64,000 nucleotides of DNA from Methylophilaceae bacterium (GCA_031399315.1 JANNOS010000106.1:32385-96384); one strand, 5' to 3'. Positions 41,868-53,043 are shown, numbered from the stretch's first letter. Translations and numbers: made by a program. The notes: generated from the letters alone by a model not told the origin.

Positions 41868-42262
41868 GTAAAGACGTGTCTAGCATGAATAAAGATAAGG
41901 CATCGCACCAACTTCAGCTTGGTGCCATCATCAGCTTAATTGCACTCATTTTTTTATGCTTATTGTGGGAAAGTCTACTTGCTCCACTTAAGTCTGGCGG
42001 TTCACTGTTAATTTTAAAAGCGCTGCCGCTGTTATTGCCACTATTTGGCATCCTTAAAGGCAAACGCTACACATACCAATGGGCGAGCATGTTTATCTTG
42101 CTCTATTTTACCGAAGGCGTCGTGCGCGCATGGTCTGAACACGGCATACCAGCCTATTTAGCGATAATTGAAGTGGTGCTTTCGCTGATATTTTTCTTCT
42201 GTGCAATTTTTTACGCAAAACTTACACGTTTTTACGCAAAACCAAGCCGAAACCCATCGTAA
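41855..42262 (+). CDS. DUF2069 membrane protein
   Basis: WESLLAPL, KALPLL.PL.G, YTYQWASM..LLYF.EG. Confidence 0.85.
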
Positions 42263-42342
42263 TAAGCGGGGCTTCATTTATAATTAGCTGATGAAGACTT
42301 TGACTTTTAATCACGTATGAAAATACTTTTAACCAACCACGT

Positions 42343-43086
42343 ATGAAAATACTATTGTCTAATGACGACGGTTACTTTGCGCCCGGCTTAAATGTTTTAG
42401 CCAGCCATTTAGCTAAGATTGCCGAAATCACTGTGGTGGCGCCAGAGCGCAATCGCAGCGGCGCGAGTAACTCGCTCACTTTAGATAGACCTTTGAGCGT
42501 GCGTAAAGCTGGTAATGGCTTTTTTTATGTCAATGGCACACCGACAGATTGTGTACATTTAGCACTAACTGGCTTAATGACTAGCCCGCCAGATATGGTG
42601 ATTAGCGGCATTAATGACGGTGCGAACATGGGTGACGATACGATTTATTCTGGTACCGTCGCAGCAGCAATGGAGGGTTATTTGCTAGATATTCCCTCAA
42701 TTGCGGTTTCTATGTCACAACATGAAGCAACACATTTTGATACGGCAGCACGCATCACAGTAGAGCTAGTTCAGCACTACCTAAAAACTGGCTTTGCAAA
42801 ACCAACATTACTTAATGTGAATGTGCCTGATCTGCCTTATGACGCATTAAAAGGCAAAGTGATTACTCGCTTAGGTAAGCGCCATAAGGCAGAGCCAGCG
42901 ATACAACTTAAAACGCCACGCAATGAAACTGTTTACTGGGTTGGCGCTGCAGGCCAACCTAATGATGGCGGAGAAGGCACCGATTTTTACGCAGTGGCGC
43001 ATCAACAAGTATCCATTTCTCCTATTCAAGTCGACTTAACTAAACACAGTCAGATGGATGAGCTAAAAAATTGGCTAAATAAATAA
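42343..43086 (+). CDS. surE: 5'/3'-nucleotidase SurE
   Basis: [32 protein letters not shown]. Confidence 0.97.
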   Translation: MKILLSNDDGYFAPGLNVLASHLAKIAEITVVAPERNRSGASNSLTLDRPLSVRKAGNGFFYVNGTPTDCVHLALTGLMTSPPDMVISGINDGANMGDDTIYSGTVAAAMEGYLLDIPSIAVSMSQHEATHFDTAARITVELVQHYLKTGFAKPTLLNVNVPDLPYDALKGKVITRLGKRHKAEPAIQLKTPRNETVYWVGAAGQPNDGGEGTDFYAVAHQQVSISPIQVDLTKHSQMDELKNWLNK

Positions 43087-43102
43087 TGATAGAGTTAGAT
43101 TT

Positions 43103-43783
43103 ATGGCATTAGCAAAACCCACCCAGGCTGGCATAGGCATGACATCCCTACGCACAAGAGATCGCATGTTAACGCGGTTGCGCGAGCAAGGTATAAAAGA
43201 TGAAGTAGTGTTGCATGCCATGGGTGAGATTCCGCGGCATATATTTGTGGACGAAGCTTTATCGACCCGTGCTTACGAAGATGTGGCTCTGCCGATTGGT
43301 TTTGCGCAAACCATTTCGCAACCCTATATTGTGGCGCGCATGACTGAAGTTTTACGTAACGGCAATCAACTTGGCAAAGTGCTAGAAATCGGCACTGGTT
43401 GTGGCTACCAAACCGCTATATTATCGCGCGTAGCAAAAGAGGTACTATCGCTAGAACGCATCCGCCCATTGGTCATGAAAGCGCGCGGCCATTTACGCAC
43501 ACTTAAATGCAACAACGTAAAATTAGATCACGCTGACGGTAGCATAGGACTGAGTGAGTTTGCACCGTTCGATGGCATTATCGTCACCGCCGCCGCAAGC
43601 CATGTTCCACAAGAGCTGCTTGCGCAACTTGCTGTTGGCGGACGTATGGTTATTCCCATTGGAACCAGCACACAAACTCTGTACTTAATTGAGCGTACTA
43701 ACCTACCATCTGGAAACGAATACAAACAAACCAAGCTTGAGCCTGTTAAATTTGTGCCTTTGCTGGGGGGCACTAGCGCGTGA
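43103..43783 (+). CDS. pcm: Protein-L-isoaspartate O-methyltransferase
   Basis: [33 protein letters not shown]. Confidence 0.96.
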   Translation: MALAKPTQAGIGMTSLRTRDRMLTRLREQGIKDEVVLHAMGEIPRHIFVDEALSTRAYEDVALPIGFAQTISQPYIVARMTEVLRNGNQLGKVLEIGTGCGYQTAILSRVAKEVLSLERIRPLVMKARGHLRTLKCNNVKLDHADGSIGLSEFAPFDGIIVTAAASHVPQELLAQLAVGGRMVIPIGTSTQTLYLIERTNLPSGNEYKQTKLEPVKFVPLLGGTSA

Positions 43784-44772
43784 AGTTTGCACATAAGATG
43801 CGTTTTGTAGTTGGTTTTATAATTTTTTTTCTAGGGGCCTGCGAAAGCAACCCACCTGCACCTGTCATTGTTCGTGCGCCACAAGCCACAAAACCAAAAC
43901 CACCTATAGCAAACAAACCAAACAGCGTTTCTACAAACAAAGATTGGCGGCCTGATACTCACACCGTTAAAAAAGGTGAAACATTATTTGCGATAGGTTT
44001 GGAGTATGGCATCGATTATAAAGAAATCGCCGCCGCAAATAATATCGCGGCACCCTACCCGATACAAATTGGCCAGAAAATCGACTTAACAAGCTTTAAA
44101 ACCAAATTGCCTGCTGCTGCTAATCCAAACACCAGCCAGCCAGAGGACGACAGTGTTGTTGTAACAGCGATGAAAACTGAGCCTCCAGTCACTGATGCAA
44201 AGTCTACGCAAGATGCCAATAAACCCATCATATCAGCTGTTACGCCTATACTCTCTGAACCAAAAGCTACGCGTGAGCCTTATAGCCTAGAAGCCCTGAA
44301 CAGAACACCAATTAAGCCAGTAGCTTCTAACACAACAGAGATAAAGCCCAACGAAACCAAACCAATCGATACAAAAGCTAGCGATGCTAACCTGCCTGAT
44401 GATGAGGCTATCACTTGGGCTTGGCCTACACAAGGAAAAGTAACTGCAAGGTTTAATGAAGCCAGCAACAAGGGTATTGATATTGCAGGTACTACAGGCC
44501 AAGCGATTAATGCAGCAAGTACGGGTAAAGTAATTTATAGCGGCTCTGATTTGCGGGGCTACGGCAAATTAGTCATTGTTAAACACAATAAAACCTATTT
44601 ATCAGTTTATGCACACAATAGTAAAATAGTTGTAAAAGAGGGTCAAGTCGTTAGTGCAGGTCAAAAAATTGCAGAAATGGGCAATACTGACAGTAACACT
44701 GTTAAACTGCACTTCGAAATTCGGCGTCTGGGTAAATCAGTTGACCCGGCCAAATATTTAAACCAAAATTAG
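43780..44772 (+). CDS. nlpD: LysM/M23 lipoprotein NlpD
   Basis: Lipobox LGAC, LysM (HTVKKGETL), M23 domain ([20 protein letters not shown]). Confidence 0.93.
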   Translation: MKFAHKMRFVVGFIIFFLGACESNPPAPVIVRAPQATKPKPPIANKPNSVSTNKDWRPDTHTVKKGETLFAIGLEYGIDYKEIAAANNIAAPYPIQIGQKIDLTSFKTKLPAAANPNTSQPEDDSVVVTAMKTEPPVTDAKSTQDANKPIISAVTPILSEPKATREPYSLEALNRTPIKPVASNTTEIKPNETKPIDTKASDANLPDDEAITWAWPTQGKVTARFNEASNKGIDIAGTTGQAINAASTGKVIYSGSDLRGYGKLVIVKHNKTYLSVYAHNSKIVVKEGQVVSAGQKIAEMGNTDSNTVKLHFEIRRLGKSVDPAKYLNQN

Positions 44773-44799
44773 CGCAAATTAAGTCTCAAGGAGATTGTT

Positions 44800-45165
44800 A
44801 TGGCTACGCCACAGAAAAAAGATCCTAACAAATATGCTAAGAATGCAGATATTCAAGCAGATACTCCTTTAAAAACCGCACTCTCTGTCGCGGGGATGGG
44901 TTTAATGGTAGTGGGTATACTAGGTATTGCATTGGAATTTTTTAAAGATGATGGGTTTATTGGTCGTATTTGGGATTGGCTATGGAAAGACACTTCACAC
45001 TTGATTGCGATTCCAGTCGTATTTTTTGTACTTTGGCTATTTAACCGCTGGATGACATCTTCTGCTAAAGGTGAAATCAAAAAAGCTGGCAATACCCCCA
45101 TGTATATCATGATGGCTATTGGCGCTTTTTATCTATTCCGCTTTATTACAACTGGTGGATTTTAA
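44800..45165 (+). CDS. Hypothetical three-TM membrane protein
   Basis: 121-aa ORF with RBS GGAG and hydrophobic segments. Confidence 0.65.
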   Translation: MATPQKKDPNKYAKNADIQADTPLKTALSVAGMGLMVVGILGIALEFFKDDGFIGRIWDWLWKDTSHLIAIPVVFFVLWLFNRWMTSSAKGEIKKAGNTPMYIMMAIGAFYLFRFITTGGF

Positions 45166-45180
45166 AGCATTAATACCAAT

Positions 45181-45208
45181 AAAAAAGCCGCTTTAGAAGC
45201 GGCTTTTT
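45181..45208. terminator. Bidirectional intrinsic terminator
   Basis: aaaaaagccgct-ttaga-agcggcttttt. Confidence 0.8.
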
Positions 45209-45229
45209 GTTTTAACTAAAATTGGCTGA

Positions 45230-45601
45230 TTAATTCTTTTTTGCCGCTTCTGTCGCGTAATGTTCATGCACCGCTGTCATATCACGCTCACGTGCCCATT
45301 TAATAATCGCCTCTAACGCTGGCGCGCCTATTTCGCCAACTTGCGTATGTATGCCTGCTTGGTCACGAATCACTAAAATACCAGGGATTTGCGTCACTTC
45401 AAAATAATCACTAATTTCGGGGTCGGCTTCGGTATCCACCATGCCGAACACAATATCAGAATTTGCAACGGCAGCCGCTTCAAATGTCGGCGTAAAGGCC
45501 ACGCAAGGCTCACACCAAGGTGCCCAAAAATCCACAATTACGAAATTATTATTCTCGATAGTTTGTTTAAAATTTGCTTTAGTAAGCTTAACAACTGCCA
45601 T
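45230..45601 (-). CDS. Thioredoxin family protein
   Basis: VDFWAPWCEPC, QIP cis-Pro loop. Confidence 0.9.
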   Translation of the reverse strand: MAVVKLTKANFKQTIENNNFVIVDFWAPWCEPCVAFTPTFEAAAVANSDIVFGMVDTEADPEISDYFEVTQIPGILVIRDQAGIHTQVGEIGAPALEAIIKWARERDMTAVHEHYATEAAKKN

Positions 45602-45750
45602 GATTTGCCTTAATTTACCATTAATTTTGTGAACGCGTGATTCTAACAGAGCTTGGCCGTTAAGTTAAGCGCTAAAAACACTAAAATAACATGCGCTGCA
45701 AGCCAATATTTATGCGGATCTCAGGGCAATGAATTATAAACGAAACCACC

Positions 45751-47364
45751 TTAAGAATAACGTGAACTCACTATCCGCCATATTTTTTCTTGCTCTGCCG
45801 CAAGCGCTTGATCAGTCCAAATTGTCACCGCTGGCTGATTTTTAACATCTCCAGTGAGCGCGTACAGAATCTCAAATTTTTTACGCACCTCTTCACACAT
45901 ATTTAGGCGTTCATAAGCGAACATCGCAAAAAAATGGCATGGAATAAAGTTAGGGACCATGTTGCAGCCTTGTTCGTAGGCGGCAATAGCTTTTTTGTAA
46001 TCACCCAGCACATAATAACAACTCCCATGTGTCATCTCGTAAAAAACATTGGTAATTGGCGTAAATCGTTTGGCTTTTTCTATATAGTAAAGTGCTTCTT
46101 CACCCAATCCAGCAGAAGATAATGCCAGAGAAAGAAATAAGAGCACTTCACTATTATTAGGGTCTAACGATGCGGCTCGACGAGATTGCGCAATGGATTC
46201 TTCACGGTTTTTACGCCAAAGCTGCACCCAACCTAAAATTGAAATAGCATAAGATGACTTCGTATCTAGCTCAACGGCGATTTGGGCATGCGAAAGCGCA
46301 GCATCTAAAATAGCAGCGTCTAAATTCCAGCGTTGCGACCATGTTAAAGCCAACGACCTTGCCAACCAAGCATGTGCCGCCGCATAGTTAGAGTCTAACA
46401 CTAATGTTTTTTTGAATAGTACAATTGCTTCATTAACAAATTTTTCCGCATATTTTCTATGCTGCGCAATGCCTTGTAACAAAGCATCGTGCGCTTCAAT
46501 ATTATCAGTGGCTTGAACACCAAAAAACGCGACCTCTGCCCCATCTAGCTTAATTTGTAATACCCTGACGATATTTTGGGTCAGCTCATCTTGCAAGGCA
46601 AAAATATCATTCAGCTCGCGATCATAACGGTCAGACCATACTTGACCACCATTGTGCGCATCCACCAATTGCGCAGTAACACGTACATGATTACCCGCAT
46701 GCTGCACGCTGCCTTCCAACAGATAACGCACGCCTAATTCGACCGCAATTTCTTTAGATGTTTTTGTGGAGCTTTTATATGAAAAAGAAGATTGCCTAGA
46801 AATAACAAACAACCCTGACAACCTTGAAAACATAGCAATTAAGCTATCCACCACGCCATCGGCAAAATACTCTTTTGCATTATCCACACCAATATTAACA
46901 AACGGTAATATTGCGAGCGAAGGTTTATCCAATATCATGCGCGGCGCATTGTGGGCTTGTGCGCTATTGGCATGTCGCTCTATGGCTGACGGGTTTTGTA
47001 GACTGGTTTTCTGAATACTAATTTCTAAGACATAACTGCCTTTAGGGAAATCGATCCGCACATTGTCGCTTTTTCCTAATGTATCGTAATACTCACGCAG
47101 TTTGTTGCGCAGCCTAGTTGCTTCCACCCGCACAATGGCGTCTAAACTTGGGTCAAAATCTTCTTTTCGGTCAAATACTTCTACCGCGATGGTGTAGCCT
47201 TTTAGCCTGTCAGCATCGCCAGCCAACGTATTGGTGACGAGATAATCCAAAAAGCGCTGTTGGCGCGGCGAGCCTGCAAACAATGGGCTTACCAGCATAC
47301 TAGTTAAGCTAGCGCGTACTTGGTCTTTTTCAGATTCAGTCCATTGTTTTGCAGCAGACTCCAT
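45751..47364 (-). CDS. TolB-N/TPR regulatory protein (adenylate-cyclase-associated architecture without a cyclase domain)
   Basis: N-terminal FAGSPRQQRFLDYLV...IVRVEATRLR.KL.EYY, PSLAILPF, LEGSVQ....VRVTAQL, TPR repeats. Confidence 0.8.
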   Translation of the reverse strand: MESAAKQWTESEKDQVRASLTSMLVSPLFAGSPRQQRFLDYLVTNTLAGDADRLKGYTIAVEVFDRKEDFDPSLDAIVRVEATRLRNKLREYYDTLGKSDNVRIDFPKGSYVLEISIQKTSLQNPSAIERHANSAQAHNAPRMILDKPSLAILPFVNIGVDNAKEYFADGVVDSLIAMFSRLSGLFVISRQSSFSYKSSTKTSKEIAVELGVRYLLEGSVQHAGNHVRVTAQLVDAHNGGQVWSDRYDRELNDIFALQDELTQNIVRVLQIKLDGAEVAFFGVQATDNIEAHDALLQGIAQHRKYAEKFVNEAIVLFKKTLVLDSNYAAAHAWLARSLALTWSQRWNLDAAILDAALSHAQIAVELDTKSSYAISILGWVQLWRKNREESIAQSRRAASLDPNNSEVLLFLSLALSSAGLGEEALYYIEKAKRFTPITNVFYEMTHGSCYYVLGDYKKAIAAYEQGCNMVPNFIPCHFFAMFAYERLNMCEEVRKKFEILYALTGDVKNQPAVTIWTDQALAAEQEKIWRIVSSRYS

Positions 47365-47549
47365 AACAGCACCCGTCCCCAGCCTTTTTATTTTTATAGA
47401 TGCAACATTTTAAGAAACACGTTACTAACTGTATCTAACTTCTAGCCATCATAACAAAAAATTACAGTGCTCACACACCACAGCAAACATTAACCAAATG
47501 CTTAAGGTGCTTACTTTTTAATTGAACTTTACTATATGGGAGATTTAAA

Positions 47550-48035
47550 ATGTTTACAATTAATCAACGTGTTATTGCTACAACAATTTTTGCTGTATTT
47601 TCTTTTGCTGCAATCAGCGCCAATGCGGAATCAATCGCTGGTCAAGGTAAATGCAGCTATAAACCAACTGCTGCCAACGTTGCCAACACTGATGGCTACG
47701 CCGTGATGTTAAGTGAAACCACATGTACTTCGAGTGGTGGCTTAATCGAAGGCGCAACTGTATTAAACCAAGAAGTTGCCAACCTGCATCAAGGCAATGG
47801 CGAGCATTCAGGCTATTACACTATCACTAATGGTATTGATTCGACTATCGCCAAATGGAGCGGAAAAGTAAACACTGTGTTGAAAGACGGCAACCCAATG
47901 ACTAGCTTTAAAGGCAAATGGGAATATGTGGGAGGCACAGGAAAATATTCAGCCCTTAAAGGCAAAGGAGAGTACGCTGGCTATTTTACTTCTGCTACCG
48001 AATACACAGTGGATTGGAAAGGTTATAAAAATTAA
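47550..48035 (+). CDS. Secreted beta-strand-rich protein (allene-oxide-cyclase/dirigent-like barrel)
   Basis: Signal peptide; GGTGKY..LKGKG motif; two Cys; RBS GGGAG. Confidence 0.65.
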   Translation: MFTINQRVIATTIFAVFSFAAISANAESIAGQGKCSYKPTAANVANTDGYAVMLSETTCTSSGGLIEGATVLNQEVANLHQGNGEHSGYYTITNGIDSTIAKWSGKVNTVLKDGNPMTSFKGKWEYVGGTGKYSALKGKGEYAGYFTSATEYTVDWKGYKN

Positions 48036-48060
48036 CTAAGTGATACATAGCTTTTACTTC

Positions 48061-48094
48061 AAACCACCTTGCTTATAATACTTTAAGGTGGTTT
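48061..48094 (+). terminator. Hairpin/terminator
   Basis: aaaccacctt...aaggtggttt 10-bp stem followed by T-rich sequence. Confidence 0.65.
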
Positions 48095-48146
48095 GATTTT
48101 CCTGTTAAATCATTGTATGAACTACAGAATTAATTAAGGAGTTATC

Positions 48147-49910
48147 ATGAACACTCGCCCCCAAACCGCAGACCAATTTCGCGAATTTTCTAGCTATCCA
48201 ACATCCACTAAAACCATTACTCCGCCAACGTCAAGCCAAGCCAAGCTAGATGAAACTGTGAACCATTTGCGCGAAACCGCGTGGAAATTTGCTACGCTTA
48301 GCTTAGAAAAGCGCATTGAATTAACCACCAGTATGCAGCAAGACTTGCTCAAAGTGCTGGAGCCCATGGTGGAAGCAGGCTGTAAAGCCAAAGGCATCGC
48401 GCCAAATTCAAACCTCGCGGCCGAAGAATGGGCGACTAGCCCATGGGGCGTGGTGCGCCAATTGCGCTTGGTGCGCGAAAGTTTGCAGTCTATCGCTGAA
48501 ACCGGCAATGCTCCGATTGGCAAAGTAAAGCACACCCATGCAGGCAATTTAGCGGTACAGGTTTACCCCAACAATACAATTGATGGCATATTGTTTAAAG
48601 ACATTACTGTAGACGTGCACATGCAAAACCATGTGACCGAACAAAGTTTAGCCGCCGACCGCGCAAGCTTTTATAAAAAGCCACATCAAGGCAAGGTAGC
48701 ACTGGTGCTGGGCGCGGGCAACATTGCCAGTATCGGCCTGATGGATGTGATTACTAAAATGTTTAACGAAGGTAAAGTGTGCATTCTTAAAATGAATCCT
48801 GTTAACGCTTACTTTGGCCCGTTTATTGAAGATGCCTTTAAAGCAGCGATTGAGCAAAGCTTTTTAGCCGTGGTATATGGCGGCGCCGAAGTCGGCAGGC
48901 ATTTGGTGTATCACCCGAAAATTGATGAGGTGCATTTAACTGGCTCAGACAAAACTTACGACCAAGTTGTGTGGGGAAATAATGGTGCTGAGGCCGACGA
49001 GCGCCGCGCGAAAAATCAACCACTGCTGAGAAAACCCATTACCTCTGAGTTAGGTAATGTGTCGCCAATTATCGTAGTTCCTGGGCCCTATACCGACAAA
49101 GAAATTCGCTTTCAGGCCGAACAAATTGCTACCGCATTCACCATGAACGCTTCTTTTATGTGTTGTACGGCCAAAGTGCTGTTGATGCCTAAAAATTGGG
49201 ATGGTACGGCGCGCTTTATAAAGGCCTTAGAAGAAGTATGCGCAGAAATACCGTTAAGAAGCGCTTATTACCCTGGTGCGGAAGACCGTTGGCAAGCTAT
49301 TACCAAGAACCACAACAACGTTAAATATATCGGTAAACCGCAAAGTGGCGAACTTCCTTGGACATTTATCACCGATCTAAACACTGATGATATGAATGAA
49401 AGCTTATTCACAGAAGAATCATTCTGCTCAATCATTGCTTCGGTACAAATAGGCAGCGCTGACCCTATCGATTTTTTACAAGCAGCTACTCAATTTGCTA
49501 ACAGCCGTCTGTGGGGGACGCTTAATGCCACGCTGATTGTGCACCCCAAAACGCTAAAAAACTCCAATAACAATAGCGCATTTGAGCAAGCTATTCATCA
49601 GCTTAAATATGGCGCGATTTCAACTAACACTTTTATTGGCCTACTGTTCTGCACGGGCGCGCCTTGGGGTGCATACCCAGGCTCAAATTCTCAAGATATT
49701 CAAAGTGGTAACGGTTTTGTGCATAACACCAACATGCTGGAAGGTATTGAAAAAGCTGTGTTACGCGCGCCGCTTACAGCACTCCCAAAACCCGCTTGGT
49801 TCGCGAGTCATAAAAAAGCTAAAGTGGTCACGCAAAAATTAGTGGTAATGGAAGAAAATGCTAGCTGGGCAAAAGTACTAGGCATTGTGCTTGCTGCAAT
49901 GCGAGGTTAA
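48147..49910 (+). CDS. Atypical aldehyde dehydrogenase family protein
   Basis: LGAGN, LKMNPVN, HLTGS, SELGNVSP (catalytic Glu), NASFMC (catalytic Cys), EESFC. Confidence 0.85.
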   Translation: MNTRPQTADQFREFSSYPTSTKTITPPTSSQAKLDETVNHLRETAWKFATLSLEKRIELTTSMQQDLLKVLEPMVEAGCKAKGIAPNSNLAAEEWATSPWGVVRQLRLVRESLQSIAETGNAPIGKVKHTHAGNLAVQVYPNNTIDGILFKDITVDVHMQNHVTEQSLAADRASFYKKPHQGKVALVLGAGNIASIGLMDVITKMFNEGKVCILKMNPVNAYFGPFIEDAFKAAIEQSFLAVVYGGAEVGRHLVYHPKIDEVHLTGSDKTYDQVVWGNNGAEADERRAKNQPLLRKPITSELGNVSPIIVVPGPYTDKEIRFQAEQIATAFTMNASFMCCTAKVLLMPKNWDGTARFIKALEEVCAEIPLRSAYYPGAEDRWQAITKNHNNVKYIGKPQSGELPWTFITDLNTDDMNESLFTEESFCSIIASVQIGSADPIDFLQAATQFANSRLWGTLNATLIVHPKTLKNSNNNSAFEQAIHQLKYGAISTNTFIGLLFCTGAPWGAYPGSNSQDIQSGNGFVHNTNMLEGIEKAVLRAPLTALPKPAWFASHKKAKVVTQKLVVMEENASWAKVLGIVLAAMRG

Positions 49911-49924
49911 ATTAAAATAATAGT

Positions 49925-49961
49925 TGCTCTGCAATCCTTATAGATATTGGATTGCAGAGCA
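49925..49961. terminator. Hairpin between convergent genes
   Basis: tgctctgcaatcc...ggattgcagagca 13-bp perfect stem. Confidence 0.7.
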
Positions 49962-49967
49962 CGTGTT

Positions 49968-50570
49968 TTAAGCCTTAATAGGTTTGCCCCAACCATTGGA
50001 GAAAAACAACTCACCCAGCGGTTTGCGTTTACGTTCTGCTAATTCACGCTCTTTCAGGTCATCTGGTAATTGATTCGCATCGCCAGCATAGCCTAATGCT
50101 AGCATAGCCATCAGTTCATATTGCGCGGGGATTGCAAATGTTTCACGGGTTTTTGCACTATCAAAACCACCCATTTGATGTGCCACTAAGCCTAAACTAG
50201 TGGCTTGTAAGCATAAATTCTCAGCTGCAGCACCTGTATCATAAGCCGCCCAACGGTTAGGTTTCTCGTTATGGCCAAATAAAGTATCGTGGCAGGTTAA
50301 CATTAGCACTGGTGCATCTTTCGCCCATGCTTGATTGCCAGGCACTAAACATTCTAGGGCTTGTTGCCAAGTAGCGGCATCCCTGTTTTTATCCCACACA
50401 ATAAAGCGCCAAGGTTGGTCGCCAAAGCATGAAGGCGCCCAGCGCGCGGCTTCCAGCAAAGCGATGACTTGCTCATGGCTGACAGGTTTACTGGCGTCAA
50501 AAGCGCGCGGGCTCCAACGTTTAGAAATCAGTTCGTTAATAGGCTGTTGGGTGATAGCAGTTTTTTGCAT
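49968..50570 (-). CDS. Nitroreductase family protein
   Basis: RWSPRAF, EAARWAPS..G.QPWRF, DTGAA, HQMGGF. Confidence 0.92.
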   Translation of the reverse strand: MQKTAITQQPINELISKRWSPRAFDASKPVSHEQVIALLEAARWAPSCFGDQPWRFIVWDKNRDAATWQQALECLVPGNQAWAKDAPVLMLTCHDTLFGHNEKPNRWAAYDTGAAAENLCLQATSLGLVAHQMGGFDSAKTRETFAIPAQYELMAMLALGYAGDANQLPDDLKERELAERKRKPLGELFFSNGWGKPIKA

Positions 50571-50582
50571 GGCATTAGCCTT

Positions 50583-51656
50583 TCAAGCGTTCAAAAATGG
50601 ATAATCAGTGTAACCTTTTTCAGCGCCACCATAAAACGAATTTGAATCCGCTTCGTTTAATGGCGCATTGGTTTTGTAACGCTCAACCAAATCTGGGTTA
50701 GCGATAAACGGCACGCCGTAAGCAATCACATCGGCGTGCCCACTGGCAATGGCGGCATTGCCCCGGGCCTTGTCGTAGCCAAAATTAGCCATATAACTGC
50801 CTTGAAACTGCTTACGCATTTGCACAAAATCAAAACTCCCCATATCTCCGTCCATGCCACCTTCCACCACATGCAAATAAGCAAGATTAAATTGGTTCAA
50901 TGCACCTGCAACATAGTTAAATAGCTCTTGTGGGTTACTGTCTTGCATGTCGTTAAAAGGATTTACCGGCGATAAACGCAAGCCAGTTTTATCTGCGCCC
51001 GCAACATCTACTACCGCTTTAGTGACTTCCATCAGCAAACGTGCGCGATTTTCAACGCTGCCACCATAGTTGTCGGTTCGTTTATTGCTACCATCCCGCA
51101 AAAATTGGTCTAGTAAATAGCCGTTAGCGGCGTGAATCTCTACGCCATCAAAACCTGCTTCTAGCGCATATTTAGCCGCATGCACATATTCTTGCACAAT
51201 GGCCGGTATCTCGCTGGCCTCTAAGGCACGCGGCTCGACAAAATCAACCAAACCTTCGTAAGTAAAGGCTTGTCCAGCTGGTTTAATGGCTGACGGCGCA
51301 ACAGGCAATGCCCCATTGATTAGACTGGGATGGGAAATGCGGCCAACATGCCACAATTGCAGCACAATCTTGCCACCTGCTGCGTGTACCGCATCTGTTA
51401 CTTTTCTCCAACCAGCCACTTGTGCTTCGGTGTAGATACCAGGTAATAAAATATAACCATGTCCCATTGCAGATACTGGCGTGGCTTCTGTCACGATTAA
51501 ACCAGCACTAGCACGCTGTTGGTAATAAGTAACATTTAAATCTTGTGGCACACCCGTTTCTTTTGGTGCTCTGCTCCTTGTGAGTGGCGCCATCACGATG
51601 CGGTTTTTTAGGCTAATTGCGCCTAATTTTACTGGACTAAATAAATCTAATGCCAT
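50583..51656 (-). CDS. nemA: Alkene reductase (old yellow enzyme, NemA)
   Basis: NRIVMAPLTR, QLWHVGR, EIHAANGYLLDQF, N.RTD.YGGS.ENR. Confidence 0.93.
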   Translation of the reverse strand: MALDLFSPVKLGAISLKNRIVMAPLTRSRAPKETGVPQDLNVTYYQQRASAGLIVTEATPVSAMGHGYILLPGIYTEAQVAGWRKVTDAVHAAGGKIVLQLWHVGRISHPSLINGALPVAPSAIKPAGQAFTYEGLVDFVEPRALEASEIPAIVQEYVHAAKYALEAGFDGVEIHAANGYLLDQFLRDGSNKRTDNYGGSVENRARLLMEVTKAVVDVAGADKTGLRLSPVNPFNDMQDSNPQELFNYVAGALNQFNLAYLHVVEGGMDGDMGSFDFVQMRKQFQGSYMANFGYDKARGNAAIASGHADVIAYGVPFIANPDLVERYKTNAPLNEADSNSFYGGAEKGYTDYPFLNA

Positions 51657-51722
51657 GTGCTACTCCTGGTTAATTTTAAAAATATTAAAGTGAATTTAGT
51701 TTGTGGGCTGGTTTAGGCGGGA

Positions 51723-52328
51723 CTACTTGATAGGACTAGCAGATGGCAATCTCACACCCTCAATCAGCAGCGTAATCTCTATGTCATCGCCCACCGAGGC
51801 GTTGGGTTTAACGCCCCAGCCAAAGCCAAAATCGCTGGCTTTTAAGCTGGTTTTAGCCTCAAAACCTGTGCGATACCCACCGAACGGGTCGCTACCAAAA
51901 CCTAGCACCTTAAACGGGAATGTCATTTCTTTGGCCACGCCGTGCATGGTGAGCACACCCGTCATCAAACCTTCAGTATTGGAGTTTGCTACAATTTTTT
52001 TGCTCACAAAGGTCAATTCGGCAAATTTTTCTACGTCTAAATAATCAGCCTTTTTAATGTGATCATCACGTTTGGCGTGGCTACTATTCACGCTCAGCAT
52101 ATTGATTTTTGCTTCCACGCTCGAATTGGCTAGATTATCGGCATCTATCATTATTTTGCCTTTAATATCGCTAAACGTACCTGAAGTTTTACTCACCACA
52201 TGGCGCAAACTCCAGTTAGCAAAACTATGTGAATCGTCAATTCTATAAGCAATAGGCTCTGCAAGTGCATGGCTGCAAGCCAATACCAGAGCGGCTCCCA
52301 GAGCATAATTTTTAAAGCTTAATTTCAT
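51723..52328 (-). CDS. yceI: YceI family periplasmic protein
   Basis: Signal peptide, IDDSHS, RDDHIK..DYLD, LTMHGV.KE. Confidence 0.88.
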   Translation of the reverse strand: MKLSFKNYALGAALVLACSHALAEPIAYRIDDSHSFANWSLRHVVSKTSGTFSDIKGKIMIDADNLANSSVEAKINMLSVNSSHAKRDDHIKKADYLDVEKFAELTFVSKKIVANSNTEGLMTGVLTMHGVAKEMTFPFKVLGFGSDPFGGYRTGFEAKTSLKASDFGFGWGVKPNASVGDDIEITLLIEGVRLPSASPIK

Positions 52329-52341
52329 GCATTTCTCCTAT

Positions 52342-53043
52342 TTAAACTGCTGGTAAATCAAACAAAAGTATTTCCGCATTATCCATCGCGGTTATTTTAA
52401 TCGTCTGTGCGGCATCGAACATGGCGGCATCGCCAGCAGCCAACATTTGCTGATTAATTTCTACGCTGCCGCTGGCGACTTGAAAGTACGCGCTACGGCT
52501 GTCTTTAAGAACATAATCCAGCGTTTTTCGTTCACTTAATTTTGCAGAAAATAATGACATGTCTTGATGAACGATTAATGAATTATTTTCACCTTTTTCA
52601 GAAGCCAACAAACACCATTGGTTTTGTTTTTGCGCATCTTCAAAAAATTTATCTTCATAGCTTGGCACTAAGCCTTGCTGATTAGGCAATATCCAAATTT
52701 GCAACAAATGTACTGGCTCAGTATCAGACGCATTAAACTCACTATGCGTAATGCCTGTGCCCGCTGTCATGCGCTGCACATGGCCTTGGCGAATCACTTC
52801 TACGTTGCCAAGACTATCTTTATGCGCTAAATTGCCTTGCAAAATATAGGTAACAATTTCCATATCACGATGCGAGTGCATACCAAAACCTTGACTAGGT
52901 GCAATCACGTCTTCATTAATCACGCGCAACACCGAAAAACCCATCCAATTAGGATCATGATAGTTAGCGAACGAAAAAGAATGGTAGCTATCTAGCCAGC
53001 CATGGTTGGCGTGTCCACGGTCATGCGAGGTTCTAATTTTCAT
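52342..53043 (-). CDS. Pirin family protein (YhhW-like)
   Basis: RGHANHGWLDSYHSFSF, LRVINED, FGMHSHRDMEI, MTAGTGITHSE, QIWI. Confidence 0.92.
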   Translation of the reverse strand: MKIRTSHDRGHANHGWLDSYHSFSFANYHDPNWMGFSVLRVINEDVIAPSQGFGMHSHRDMEIVTYILQGNLAHKDSLGNVEVIRQGHVQRMTAGTGITHSEFNASDTEPVHLLQIWILPNQQGLVPSYEDKFFEDAQKQNQWCLLASEKGENNSLIVHQDMSLFSAKLSERKTLDYVLKDSRSAYFQVASGSVEINQQMLAAGDAAMFDAAQTIKITAMDNAEILLFDLPAV

